A stretch of 64,000 nt of DNA from Planctomycetota bacterium (GTDB lineage Bacteria > Planctomycetota > UBA11346): NCBI GenBank assembly GCA_038231435.1, contig JBBRLJ010000021.1, positions 31,868 through 95,867 on the forward strand. The letters run 5' to 3'. The notes beneath the pieces were generated by a model. The model saw only the letters and a list, made by a program, of their open reading frames with translations, searched no databases and was not told the DNA's origin. Every line of letters starts with the position of its first letter. Positions within the stretch are counted from its first letter, which is position 1. Of the stretch, positions 52,513 to 61,187 are shown piece after piece. The translations under genes were made by a program, and so were the position numbers.

Positions 52513-53535
52513 TCAACCGTGGTCGTGCCCAGCATGGTCGCTGTCGCCGTCGCCGTGCGCATGGGAATGCTCGGCGTCCCCTGCATCGCTGACGTGAGGC
52601 TCGCCGACGCAGTACAGGCCCTGGTCCGCGGCGCAGGCGGTGACCTCGAGTTGGATGGTGGGATGCGAGATGCCGAAGCGGCCGAGTTCCGCGGCCACCA
52701 CGCGCGTGATCGCCTGGGCCGAGCTCGCCGGCTGCTCGGCGACCAGGATGTGGCAGCTGCAGGCAACGACGCCGGTGCCGAGGGTCCAGGCGTGCAGGTC
52801 GTGCAGGCCGAGCACGCCCGGGACCGCGGCGATCGCCTTGCCGACCACATCCATGTCCAGATCAGCCGGCGCTGCCTCGAGCAGCACGCCGACCGCTTCC
52901 CGAAGGACGCCCCACGAACTCCACAGGATCAGCACGCCGATCAGCACCGAGGCGAGCGCGTCCGCCGGCAGCCAATCGGTGAAGCGGATCACCGCTCCGG
53001 CCGCGATCACGCCGGCAGAGGCCGCCGCGTCGGCGAGCATGTGCAGGTAGGCGCCGCGCACCGCGAGATCGTGCGTGCCGCGCCTGAGCCACCACGACAC
53101 CAGCAGGTTCACCGCCAGGGCCGCAGCGGCGACCGCCATGACCGTGCCGCTCGCGACCGGCACCGGCGCCGCGAGCCGTTGCCAGGCTTCCCAGAAGATG
53201 CCCGCTGCGATCAGTACCAGCGCCACCGCGTTGGCCAGTGCCGCGAGCACGCCGATGCGATGGTATCCGAACGTGCGGCGGGCATCCGCCTTGCGCGTCG
53301 CCGCGTGAATCGCCCACCAGGTGAGCCCGAGCGACAGGGCATCGGCGAGGTTGTGGCCAGCGTCGGACATCAGCGCCAAGCTGTCCGCCCACCAGCCGGC
53401 GACGGCCTCGCCGACGACAAACGCAAGAGTCACGAAGAGCGCGAGCCCGAGCGGTGCTCCGGCCGCGGGCGGATGGCCGTGTCCGTGTCCGTGGACATGA
53501 CCGTGATGTGGGCCGTGGCCGTGCTGGTGAGCCAT
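52513..53535 (-). CDS. Cation diffusion facilitator (CzcD/ZitB-like) with His-rich termini
   Basis: SLALMSDAGHNLAD, TFGYHR, GAYLHMLAD, LHDLHAW, HPTIQLE. Confidence 0.93.
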   Translation of the reverse strand: MAHQHGHGPHHGHVHGHGHGHPPAAGAPLGLALFVTLAFVVGEAVAGWWADSLALMSDAGHNLADALSLGLTWWAIHAATRKADARRTFGYHRIGVLAALANAVALVLIAAGIFWEAWQRLAAPVPVASGTVMAVAAAALAVNLLVSWWLRRGTHDLAVRGAYLHMLADAAASAGVIAAGAVIRFTDWLPADALASVLIGVLILWSSWGVLREAVGVLLEAAPADLDMDVVGKAIAAVPGVLGLHDLHAWTLGTGVVACSCHILVAEQPASSAQAITRVVAAELGRFGISHPTIQLEVTACAADQGLYCVGEPHVSDAGDAEHSHAHGDGDSDHAGHDHG

Positions 53536-53579
53536 GGCTGGATGTTCGGCGAAGGGTGGCGGATGCCAGCCCCGGCGGG

Positions 53580-53610
53580 TTGACTCTTTAGGTATTACAT
53601 GGTAATACCT
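53580..53610 (+). promoter_or_regulatory. Promoter (TTGACT-N17-TAATAC) overlapped by the palindromic operator AGGTATTAC-atg-GTAATACCT
   Basis: Perfect 9-bp inverted repeat at 53590-53610; AT-rich island between divergent metal-transport genes. Confidence 0.75.
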
Positions 53611-53688
53611 GCGCCCCGTGGCCTGCTGCGCCATCCGCATCACGTATTCATCCCCAGCACATCGTCAGCACATCGCCAGGAGCGAATC

Positions 53689-53970
53689 ATGGCAGCCACG
53701 CGCCAACGGGTGATGACCTTCAAAGCCGATGCCGAGCTCGCGGAGCGCCTGTCGGGTGTGCGCAACCGCTCCGAATTCATCCGTGCGGCGCTGCTGTCGG
53801 CCCTGGACAGCTCGTGTCCGCTGTGCCGCGGCACCGGCATCCTGCACGCGCACCAGCGCAAGCAGTGGGACGCCTTCGCCGCGAGCCATCCGCGCCTAGA
53901 ATGCGCTCGCTGCCACGAGCGCGTGTTTTCGTGCGCGGGCAAGCCGGCCAAGCACGGCTGCCGGCACTGA
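53689..53970 (+). CDS. Ribbon-helix-helix (CopG-like) regulator with a C-terminal Cys/His metal-binding region
   Basis: AGGAG RBS; VMTFKAD..LAERL..V.NRSEFIRAAL, then CPLC.GTG, CARCH, C, H.C.H. Confidence 0.8.
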   Translation: MAATRQRVMTFKADAELAERLSGVRNRSEFIRAALLSALDSSCPLCRGTGILHAHQRKQWDAFAASHPRLECARCHERVFSCAGKPAKHGCRH

Positions 53971-53971
53971 C

Positions 53972-54433
53972 ATGGCGGCCGAGACCCACCATGTCGCCGG
54001 TCCAGCCGACAGGCGACCCGAGCGGAGCGCGATGCGCCTCGGCTTCGCCGCGGGCGCCGGGGCCCGCGCGGCGGCGGCGGCGACATTCGCCATGGCGGTG
54101 GTGGTCGCCATGCTGGCGGTCGAACGGCTGCCGTCTGGGCCGCGCTCGGCGCCGGTCGCCCTGTCAGTGGCCGCGACGGCGCCGGTCGCGCGGTGGACGG
54201 TGCTCGCGGACGGCGCTGAGGTGACCGCCGCATCCGCTGATCCGTCGTCGTGGTCGGGCAGCGTGCCTATCGGTGCGATGGAGGTCACAGTCAGAGCCGA
54301 GGGCGAGTCCGCAGCCACCATCGCCCTGAAGCTCAGCGCGATGCGGCTCGGCACCGAGCTGCGCGAGCTCGCTTGGGGAGAGGGTTCGGCGTCGTGCACG
54401 CTGAAGCTGCGCGCGGGCGACCACCATGACTGA
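53972..54433 (+). CDS. Hypothetical membrane-anchored small beta-domain protein
   Basis: One TM, beta-rich domain, ends GDHHD. Abuts the regulator and overlaps the ATPase start. Confidence 0.6.
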   Translation: MAAETHHVAGPADRRPERSAMRLGFAAGAGARAAAAATFAMAVVVAMLAVERLPSGPRSAPVALSVAATAPVARWTVLADGAEVTAASADPSSWSGSVPIGAMEVTVRAEGESAATIALKLSAMRLGTELRELAWGEGSASCTLKLRAGDHHD

Positions 54434-55157
54434 GCTGCGCCTGCGCGACGTCACGGTCTGCTACGGCACCGACCCGGCGATCCACCATCTCGACCTGGCT
54501 CTGCCGTTCGGATCGCTGGTCGCGCTGCTCGGCCCCAATGGCGCGGGCAAGAGCACGCTGATGCGCGCCATCCTCGGCTGGCTGCCGCTGACCACCGGCG
54601 AAGTCACCGTCGATGGCCGCCCGCTCGGCGAGTCCACCGGCCGCGTGACCTGGCTGCCGCAGCGTCGCGAGCATGACGGCGATTTCCCGCTCGACGTCCG
54701 CGACGTGGTGGCGATGGGCCGCTACGCCCGCCTCGGTGCATGGCGGCGCTTCTCGTCCGAGGATCACCAGGCCGTCGACGCCGCCATCTCCGAGATGGGC
54801 CTCGAGCGGCTGCAGGATCGCCAGCTGTCCACGCTCTCTGGCGGCCAGGCGCAACGCGTCTTCCTGGCGCGTGCGCTCGCCACCGGCGCCGACGTGTTCC
54901 TGCTCGACGAGCCGTTCGCCGGACTCGACGCGGCCGCGGTCGCGAATCTCGCCGAGAGCCTGCGTGGCTGGACGCGGCGCGGCCGGCTGGTGGTGGCGGT
55001 GGTGCACGACCTGCCGCTGGTGCGCCGATCGTTCGATGTCGCGGTGCTGATCCGCACCCATCTGATCGCGGCGGGAGCGCCGGTGCACGCGCTGTCGGAG
55101 CAATCGCTGCTCGCCGCGTTCGGATCGCGCGCGTTGGCGCTGGGCGAGCGCGTATGA
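54426..55157 (+). CDS. Zn/Mn-type ABC transporter ATP-binding subunit
   Basis: GPNGAGKST, LPQR...DFPL.V.DVVAMG, LSGGQAQR, LLDEPF, HD. Confidence 0.93.
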   Translation: MTELRLRDVTVCYGTDPAIHHLDLALPFGSLVALLGPNGAGKSTLMRAILGWLPLTTGEVTVDGRPLGESTGRVTWLPQRREHDGDFPLDVRDVVAMGRYARLGAWRRFSSEDHQAVDAAISEMGLERLQDRQLSTLSGGQAQRVFLARALATGADVFLLDEPFAGLDAAAVANLAESLRGWTRRGRLVVAVVHDLPLVRRSFDVAVLIRTHLIAAGAPVHALSEQSLLAAFGSRALALGERV

Positions 55158-56194
55158 ACGGCCATGTCCCGCCGCTGGCGGAACTGCTCTCGACCCGCGA
55201 ATTCTGGCGCGCCGCCCTGGTGCTGGTCGTGCTCGGCGCCAGCACCGGCATGCTCGGCTGCGTGCTGATGGTCAGGCGCCTGTCGCTGCTCGGCGACGTG
55301 CTCGCGCACGCCATGCTGCCGGGCGTGGGCCTGGCATGGCTGCTGTTCGGCGTCAGCGTGCCTGCGCTGCTGGTCGGTGGTTTGGCCGCCGGGTTGGTGA
55401 CGGCGCTCGGCAGCGGGCTGATCAGCCGGCTGACCCGGCTGAAGGAGGACTCGGCCTTCGCCGCGCTGTTCGCCACCATGTTCGCAGCCGGCCTGGTGCT
55501 AGCCGACGCCACCGGCGGATCGGAGGAGCTCCTGCATCTGCTGATCGGTGATCTGCTCGGCGTCGGCGGCGCCGATCTGGCGCTCGCCGCCGCGGTCGGC
55601 GTCGCCACCGTCCTCGCGTTCGCGCTGTTCTACCGCGGCATCCTCATCGAGTGCTTCGACCCGGCCTTCCACCGCGCCAGCGGCGGCAATGGCACGCTCG
55701 TCCATCTCGGGATGCTCGCGCTGGTGGTGCTGAACCTGGTGGCGTCGCTACGCGCGGTGGGCGCGGTGCTGTCGATCGGCATGTTCATGCTGCCGGCGGT
55801 CACCGCTGCGCTATGGAGCCGCCGCTGGGGCGCGATGCTCTCGCTCTCGTCTCTCATCGCGGTGGTCGGCGCGCTATCCGGTTTCGTGCTCAGCTGCGCA
55901 CTGGGAGTGACGCCGGGGCCGTGCATCGTCTCGGTCCTGGGCGGGGTGTTCGTGGCCTCGCTGGCGCTCAGTCCGGTGCATGGAGCCATCGCCCGCCTCA
56001 GGCGGCCGGACCACCATCATCGTGAGGAGAGCGAGGAATGGTGCGAGGTCGCGCCCAAGCCTCCGTCGATAGCGGCCACGTCAGGGAGCGAAGGTACGCC
56101 AAGAGGCGAGGGCGGCGAGCTCGGCGCGGCGCCCTCGCCCACGAACTCGGCGGAACCGCACGGGCACACCCACGACCATCCACACGACCATTGA
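55154..56194 (+). CDS. Zn/Mn-type ABC transporter permease (ABC-3) with His-rich tail
   Basis: RRLSLLGDVLAHAMLPG, KEDSA, FDP, VGAVL; tail HHH...HGHTHDHPHDH; ATGA overlap. Confidence 0.93.
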   Translation: MNGHVPPLAELLSTREFWRAALVLVVLGASTGMLGCVLMVRRLSLLGDVLAHAMLPGVGLAWLLFGVSVPALLVGGLAAGLVTALGSGLISRLTRLKEDSAFAALFATMFAAGLVLADATGGSEELLHLLIGDLLGVGGADLALAAAVGVATVLAFALFYRGILIECFDPAFHRASGGNGTLVHLGMLALVVLNLVASLRAVGAVLSIGMFMLPAVTAALWSRRWGAMLSLSSLIAVVGALSGFVLSCALGVTPGPCIVSVLGGVFVASLALSPVHGAIARLRRPDHHHREESEEWCEVAPKPPSIAATSGSEGTPRGEGGELGAAPSPTNSAEPHGHTHDHPHDH

Positions 56195-56226
56195 TCGGGA
56201 TTCCGGAGGCGGACGGCGAGCCGTCG

Positions 56227-56706
56227 TCAGATCGCCCAGCGGTAGCGGCCGGTCGGCGGTTCGGACACACGGTCAGGTGGCGATGACTCGCTCGACGTCG
56301 TGGCTCGGCGCCGCTTGCGCAGATGCTCGCGCAGCTTGCCGGCGATATCGAGGTAGCCCTCGTAGCGAGCGGGCTTGACGAAGTAGGCCTCGGCGCCGAG
56401 CCCCAGGCACTCCTCGATATCCTTGTCCAGATCCGACGAGCTCAGCACCACCGCCGGGACGCTCTTCCACTCCGGGTCGCACTTGAGGTCGCGCAGCACC
56501 GTCTGGCCCTTGATCACGGGCAGGTTCAGGTCGATCACCACCAGATCAGGCGGGGCATGCTTCATCAGGCGCATGTAGGCGTAGGTCTGCACAGCGTTCT
56601 CGGCTGGTACGACGCGCGCGGCGATCCCCGCCTCGGCCAAGGCCGATACCAGCAGCGCCCGATCATCGGGGTTGTCGTCGAGATGGATGACCAGCACGTC
56701 GCTCAT
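56227..56706 (-). CDS. Single-domain response regulator (Rcp1-like)
   Basis: HLDDNPDD, PDLVVIDLNLP, LSSS, YFVKP. Confidence 0.9.
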   Translation of the reverse strand: MSDVLVIHLDDNPDDRALLVSALAEAGIAARVVPAENAVQTYAYMRLMKHAPPDLVVIDLNLPVIKGQTVLRDLKCDPEWKSVPAVVLSSSDLDKDIEECLGLGAEAYFVKPARYEGYLDIAGKLREHLRKRRRATTSSESSPPDRVSEPPTGRYRWAI

Positions 56707-56977
56707 GGGCTCCCTCTAGGCTAACGTTCGCGAGCCTAGGCTCCTTTCCTCGCTCGCGATGCCAACGACCGGAGGAACCTTCCACAATGGGGTTTTTACG
56801 CGATTTTATTGCCAAAACCCAGCTCACCCAGAGGCGACCGTGGGCCCGTTCCCATGCCCTGTCGGATCGGTCTGGTGCACAGCGGGATCGGCAGTCCCTG
56901 ATCACCCGAGGCGCAGAAGGGAGGTTTCTACCATTGCCGCCGTTGCCGCTGTCTCCATGCCTGCTAGCGTCGCCGGC

Positions 56978-58015
56978 ATGCCAGGCACCAACCGCTACGT
57001 CATCCGCACCGCCGCTGGCGACAAGGGACCCTTCTCGCGTGATCAGATCGCCGCTTTCGTCGAGGCGGGCAAGCTCCCATCGACGGCCAAGATCATGGAC
57101 ATGGAGGCCAAGCGCCCGGTGACCGCGGCTGAGGCGATCGGCGTGGACATGGTCGCGGATCCCGAGGCCGATGACGATTTCCCCATGTCCCGCGCCGATC
57201 AGGATGCCGACACCCCCGAGGCCCCCGGTGTGCGCGCCGTGCCCCGCACCGAGCGCTCGTCGCGCAACGGCCGAGGCACCCCGCCATCGCGATCATCGCG
57301 CCGGGCCAGCCGCACCGATACCGGAGGCGAACGTGGCGCACGTGGCGAACGCGGCACGCAGCGCGGCCGGCGTCCGCGCAAGCGCGGCTACGGCATCTGG
57401 ATCGTGCTCGGGGTCGCGGTCATTGCCGCCATCGCCATCGGTGTCTTCGCGCTGTCGACGATGAAGGAAGACAAGTTCAAGGAGCAGCCAGCCGCCCTGC
57501 TGGCCAACGCATTGGCGCATCCCGAGTCGCTGGCGCCGGGATCGGCCGATGCGCCATTCGTACGCATCCTCGCGAAGCGGTTCCATCAGCAGGCTCTCGA
57601 CGCGGCGCACCTGACGCGCGGGACCTACGAAGGCTCCAAGCCGGCATACGACGAGAGCCGCTACCTCGAAACCCTGCGCGCGGCGGTGACCAAGCAGATC
57701 GCCGAGGCGGACTCGGGCCTGTTGACCAGTTGCGCGCGCGAGCTCGCGATGCCCGATGACGCAGCCTCGTCCGATATCAGCACGGCCAAGAAGCTGGCGC
57801 AGCAGGCGGTGACCATGGATGGCGAGAAGAACCACCATAGCCTCGACGCCCTGGCGTGGGCGACCTTCCGCGGCGGCGATGCGAAGCGCGCCTGCCTCAT
57901 CGAGGAGCAGGCGATGGAGCTCGCTCCCGACACCGCGTCGAAGACCGAATGCGGCAAGGCGCTGGTGAAGTTCAAATCGAAGCTGGCGGCCACGGGAGCC
58001 GCGGCGGCCGAATAG
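56978..58015 (+). CDS. Membrane protein with a GYF_2/DUF4339-like N-terminus and TPR-like C-terminus
   Basis: Y.I...GDKGPFS.DQI...V.AGKL, Arg-rich linker, TM, LDALAWA.F..GD...A...EEQA. Confidence 0.6.
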   Translation: MPGTNRYVIRTAAGDKGPFSRDQIAAFVEAGKLPSTAKIMDMEAKRPVTAAEAIGVDMVADPEADDDFPMSRADQDADTPEAPGVRAVPRTERSSRNGRGTPPSRSSRRASRTDTGGERGARGERGTQRGRRPRKRGYGIWIVLGVAVIAAIAIGVFALSTMKEDKFKEQPAALLANALAHPESLAPGSADAPFVRILAKRFHQQALDAAHLTRGTYEGSKPAYDESRYLETLRAAVTKQIAEADSGLLTSCARELAMPDDAASSDISTAKKLAQQAVTMDGEKNHHSLDALAWATFRGGDAKRACLIEEQAMELAPDTASKTECGKALVKFKSKLAATGAAAAE

Positions 58016-58056
58016 CGTCAGTCCACGACTCCGGAGCGGCGCCGCTGCTGCCGCTC

Positions 58057-58947
58057 TCAGGTCTCGGGACGCGCTGGTCCGTCGATGCGCGCGAGCGCGT
58101 GCTGCGGGTTGAGCACCGCGCCGCAGAACTTGCAATGGACGGCGTCGGTGGCGTGCCCGGATCGGGTGCACGCGGGGCACGCCTGGCCGCTCACCGGTAG
58201 CGCCGACGCGCGCGCCAGCTCGACCGAGACGATGCCGGTGGGCACCGCCAGCACCCCGTAGCCGACGATCATGAGCCCGGATGCGATGGCCTTGCCGAGC
58301 GGGGTCAGCGGCACCACGTCGCCGTAGCCGACCGTGCACAAGGTGACGATCGCCCAGTACATGCTGCTGGGGATGCTCTCGAAGCCCTTGCTGCCGCGCT
58401 CGACCAGGTGCATGAGCGCGCCCACGATGATGACCACCGCGAAGACGAAGGTCAGGAAGACGACGACCTTCGGCCGGCTGGAGCGCATGGCGCTCAGCAA
58501 GGTCTCTGCCTCGCCCAGATGGCGCCCGAGCTTGAGCAGGCGGAACACGCGCAACAGGCGCAGGACTCGGACCACCAGCAGGGTCTGGGCGCCAGGCAGC
58601 AGCAGGTCGAGGTAGCCGGGCAGGATCGCCATGAGATCGACCATGCCGAAGAAGCTGAAGGTGTAGCGCAACGGCTGGCGCACCGAGATGAAGCGCAGGA
58701 TGTATTCGATGGTGAAGAGGAGGGTGAACACCCACTCCGCGACCTTGAGCGTGGGCCCCCATGAAGCCGAGGTGCCGGGGATGCTCGCGAGCATCACCGC
58801 CACGATGCTCAACAGGATCGCCCACAGCAGGCAGAGATCGAACAGCCGCCCCGCGACGGTGTCGGACTCGAAGACCACCTCGAACAGCCGCTCGCGCAGT
58901 CGGTTGCCCTGTGGGCGATCCTCCTCGGGTGGACGATGCAGGACCAT
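58057..58947 (-). CDS. Voltage-gated-type potassium channel (ion transporter)
   Basis: S4-like RVLRLLRVFRLLKL, pore YWAIVTLCTVGYGD, C-terminal CPAC...HCKFCG. Confidence 0.93.
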   Translation of the reverse strand: MVLHRPPEEDRPQGNRLRERLFEVVFESDTVAGRLFDLCLLWAILLSIVAVMLASIPGTSASWGPTLKVAEWVFTLLFTIEYILRFISVRQPLRYTFSFFGMVDLMAILPGYLDLLLPGAQTLLVVRVLRLLRVFRLLKLGRHLGEAETLLSAMRSSRPKVVVFLTFVFAVVIIVGALMHLVERGSKGFESIPSSMYWAIVTLCTVGYGDVVPLTPLGKAIASGLMIVGYGVLAVPTGIVSVELARASALPVSGQACPACTRSGHATDAVHCKFCGAVLNPQHALARIDGPARPET

Positions 58948-59322
58948 GGGACAGGATTCTGCGCCCTGGGCGGTAAAGCGCACGCGCCGTGAGCCGCAGG
59001 GTTGGTGGCCGCGCGGCCACCAACCGATGAGCTCGTACCAGATCGCGTCCGAGCCGATGGAGAACTCGAGCTGCCGCCAGCCGGTGTCGAGGGCATGCCC
59101 CCGGTGGCGTCGAGCGCCTCGAAAGCCGTTGCGCGAGTCGCGATCGTGACCGCCACCGCCACCGACCAGACCTGGACGTGACCGCCCTTCCAGGCGTCTT
59201 TCGGGCGCAAGCGGCCGCCGCGCGCCGCGACGGTACATCCCCGCTTTGGCGGACACCGACCTGGGGCGATCTCGATCACGGGTCCAGTCTCACCGAGCGC
59301 GCAGCGGTTCTTCGTGGTCGTC

Positions 59323-60288
59323 TCAGAACACCCAGGTCAGGCCGCCATGCAGGCGGTAGTCCGGCACGAGCTGAAGCGCCGTATTGTTCTGGAGCAACGG
59401 GACGTCGTACCCGATCACCCCGAGTAGGTGCCGATTCCAAGCCATCGAAACCTGCGGCCCCAGGTAGACTGCCACGATGCCGGTATCTCCCGCGACCTCG
59501 TTGTCGGAAACGTCCTTCCCCTTCGCTTCTCCGGACAGATTCGCCTCCAGGCCGACGCGGCCGGTGGCGGCACGCCAGACATCGAATCCCGGGGTGACGT
59601 TCCAGCTGAAGTCGTTGGCGTACTGATACTGGTGGGTGCCTCGATTGCGGATGGTGTACTGGGCATGTGCGCCGAGGTACGCCCGCTCGAAGCGGCCGAA
59701 GGCATCCACCGCGAGCGGGATGTCCCACGATCCGCTTCCTTCCGCGAGGTCATGGCCGTGCACGCCGCTGTCGGGCGCTCCTGGCACGGTGACCTCGTTC
59801 GCTTCCTCACCCAGGCGACCGCTCTTACCCGTCGGCAGCTTGAGGCCGATGAGGTCATCCACGCGGAGGACGGAGTCATCGCCGCTGATGCTGATCATGC
59901 GGATGCTGGCGAGGAGACTGATGTCGCCCATGCCCTGCTCGGTCCCCTGGTCGATCTCGAAGCCCTCGGGGCGCCTGAACGAGCGATGGATGTAGGGCAC
60001 CACCAGCTGCATCGAGTAGCGTTCCGCGAATCGGTAGCCAATCACCACCTGCGTGACCGAGCTATCCATGTATTGGTCAACGTCGTTGCTGACTTCCTCT
60101 CCGTTGTCGCGAAGCGTGCCGAAGTGCGAATACTGCTCGAAGACGCTGACCGAGAAACCCCTGCCGCCGTCTGGCGCGGTCGGCGTTGAGCAGAGGTCGC
60201 ATGCATTGGCGGTGCTGGCGGCAGCGATGATGGAGAGCGTGGCAAGGACTGGACGTGCCAAGCCCTTGTTGGAGATGCAGGGGGTCAT
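59323..60288 (-). CDS. Outer-membrane beta-barrel (phenol MetA-pathway/transporter-like) with N-terminal CxxC
   Basis: Signal peptide then CDLC; GMGDISL, GLKLPTG, HGHDL..GSGSWD; C-terminal aromatic (LTWVF). Confidence 0.75.
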   Translation of the reverse strand: MTPCISNKGLARPVLATLSIIAAASTANACDLCSTPTAPDGGRGFSVSVFEQYSHFGTLRDNGEEVSNDVDQYMDSSVTQVVIGYRFAERYSMQLVVPYIHRSFRRPEGFEIDQGTEQGMGDISLLASIRMISISGDDSVLRVDDLIGLKLPTGKSGRLGEEANEVTVPGAPDSGVHGHDLAEGSGSWDIPLAVDAFGRFERAYLGAHAQYTIRNRGTHQYQYANDFSWNVTPGFDVWRAATGRVGLEANLSGEAKGKDVSDNEVAGDTGIVAVYLGPQVSMAWNRHLLGVIGYDVPLLQNNTALQLVPDYRLHGGLTWVF

Positions 60289-60399
60289 GAGGTTGTTCCT
60301 AGATTGCTGCGGCCTACGGCCATCAGCAGGTGACGCTGTTCACGCCGGCCCCGAACGGGACCAACGGCGTGCGGAGCGTGAGCGCGTGCGCGCTGAGTC

Positions 60400-60798
60400 T
60401 CAGGAACGTGTAGGAGGCGGAGTCGGTGGTGCCTCGGTGGCACGGACGATGAATGGCCCGGGTGATGCTGCCAAGGTCTCGACCATCACCGGCACCAGGG
60501 CATCCACGTGCGGCGCGAGGGCCAGGCAGTCGATCTTCATCTTTTTTGTCGGCTGCTCGGGCGCCCGCTTGTCGTCGTCGTGGGCCTTGTGCTGGGAGAT
60601 GGCCAGGCAGATAGGGCAGGGGTGCTGACCATCGAAGGTCGTTTCTACGGCGAAGGCGAAGGAATCGGAAGCCGCCCGGCTGGCGATCATCGACGCCCAG
60701 GCCACGGTCTGGAGCAGCGCCAAGTGTCCACCGGAGAGGATGATCCCGAGCAGCAAGGCCAGGATCACGGTACCGGTGCGCTTCACGGCGGGGATCAT
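60400..60798 (-). CDS. DUF2946-like (CutF/CruR-like) small exported protein
   Basis: Hydrophobic N-terminus, GGH..LLQ.VAWA.M, TFDG.HPCPIC, C-terminal PPTPPP. Confidence 0.65.
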   Translation of the reverse strand: MIPAVKRTGTVILALLLGIILSGGHLALLQTVAWASMIASRAASDSFAFAVETTFDGQHPCPICLAISQHKAHDDDKRAPEQPTKKMKIDCLALAPHVDALVPVMVETLAASPGPFIVRATEAPPTPPPTRS

Positions 60799-60953
60799 GA
60801 TCGACCCCGACCGCTTTCCACAGCGGACCGAGGAAATCTGGACACCATGCGCGGCATGCATCCCAGACCGATCACGCGCGAGGGTGCGTGAAGCAGCGCC
60901 ATGCACTGTGATGATCGTGATCCTCGCCGAACGAGAACGTCCACTGGTGCTCA

Positions 60954-61036
60954 CGCATTCATCGAGGACGTGCGGGGCATCGACCGTGGTCTACGGCATC
61001 ACGTCGAAGCCGCCTGGTGCCATCAGGTGGGAGTGA
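60954..61036 (+). pseudogene. guaA: Decayed 3' end of guaA (att-site scar)
   Basis: Aligns at the nucleotide level to the 63799-63882 copy with +1 and -2 indels; reads RI/IEDVRGID/VVYGITSKPPGAIRWE*. Confidence 0.8.
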
Positions 61037-61187
61037 GCCGCGTGGCGGCGATGAGATAGCCAGCAGTGAGAACCCACGGCATCCGCTCGCTTCAATTTCT
61101 GGTCTCGTGCACCTGGCTGGGAAACACCACGACCAGGGTGGAACGATTGTTTGAACAGGGGTCATGCCAAGTTAGTTTCGGCATCCT

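Noticed and set aside
60740..61036. 98-aa ORF ending in a GuaA-like C-terminus
   Set aside because: Only the last ~16 codons are GuaA-like and the alignment is frameshifted upstream. Treated as an att scar, not a gene.
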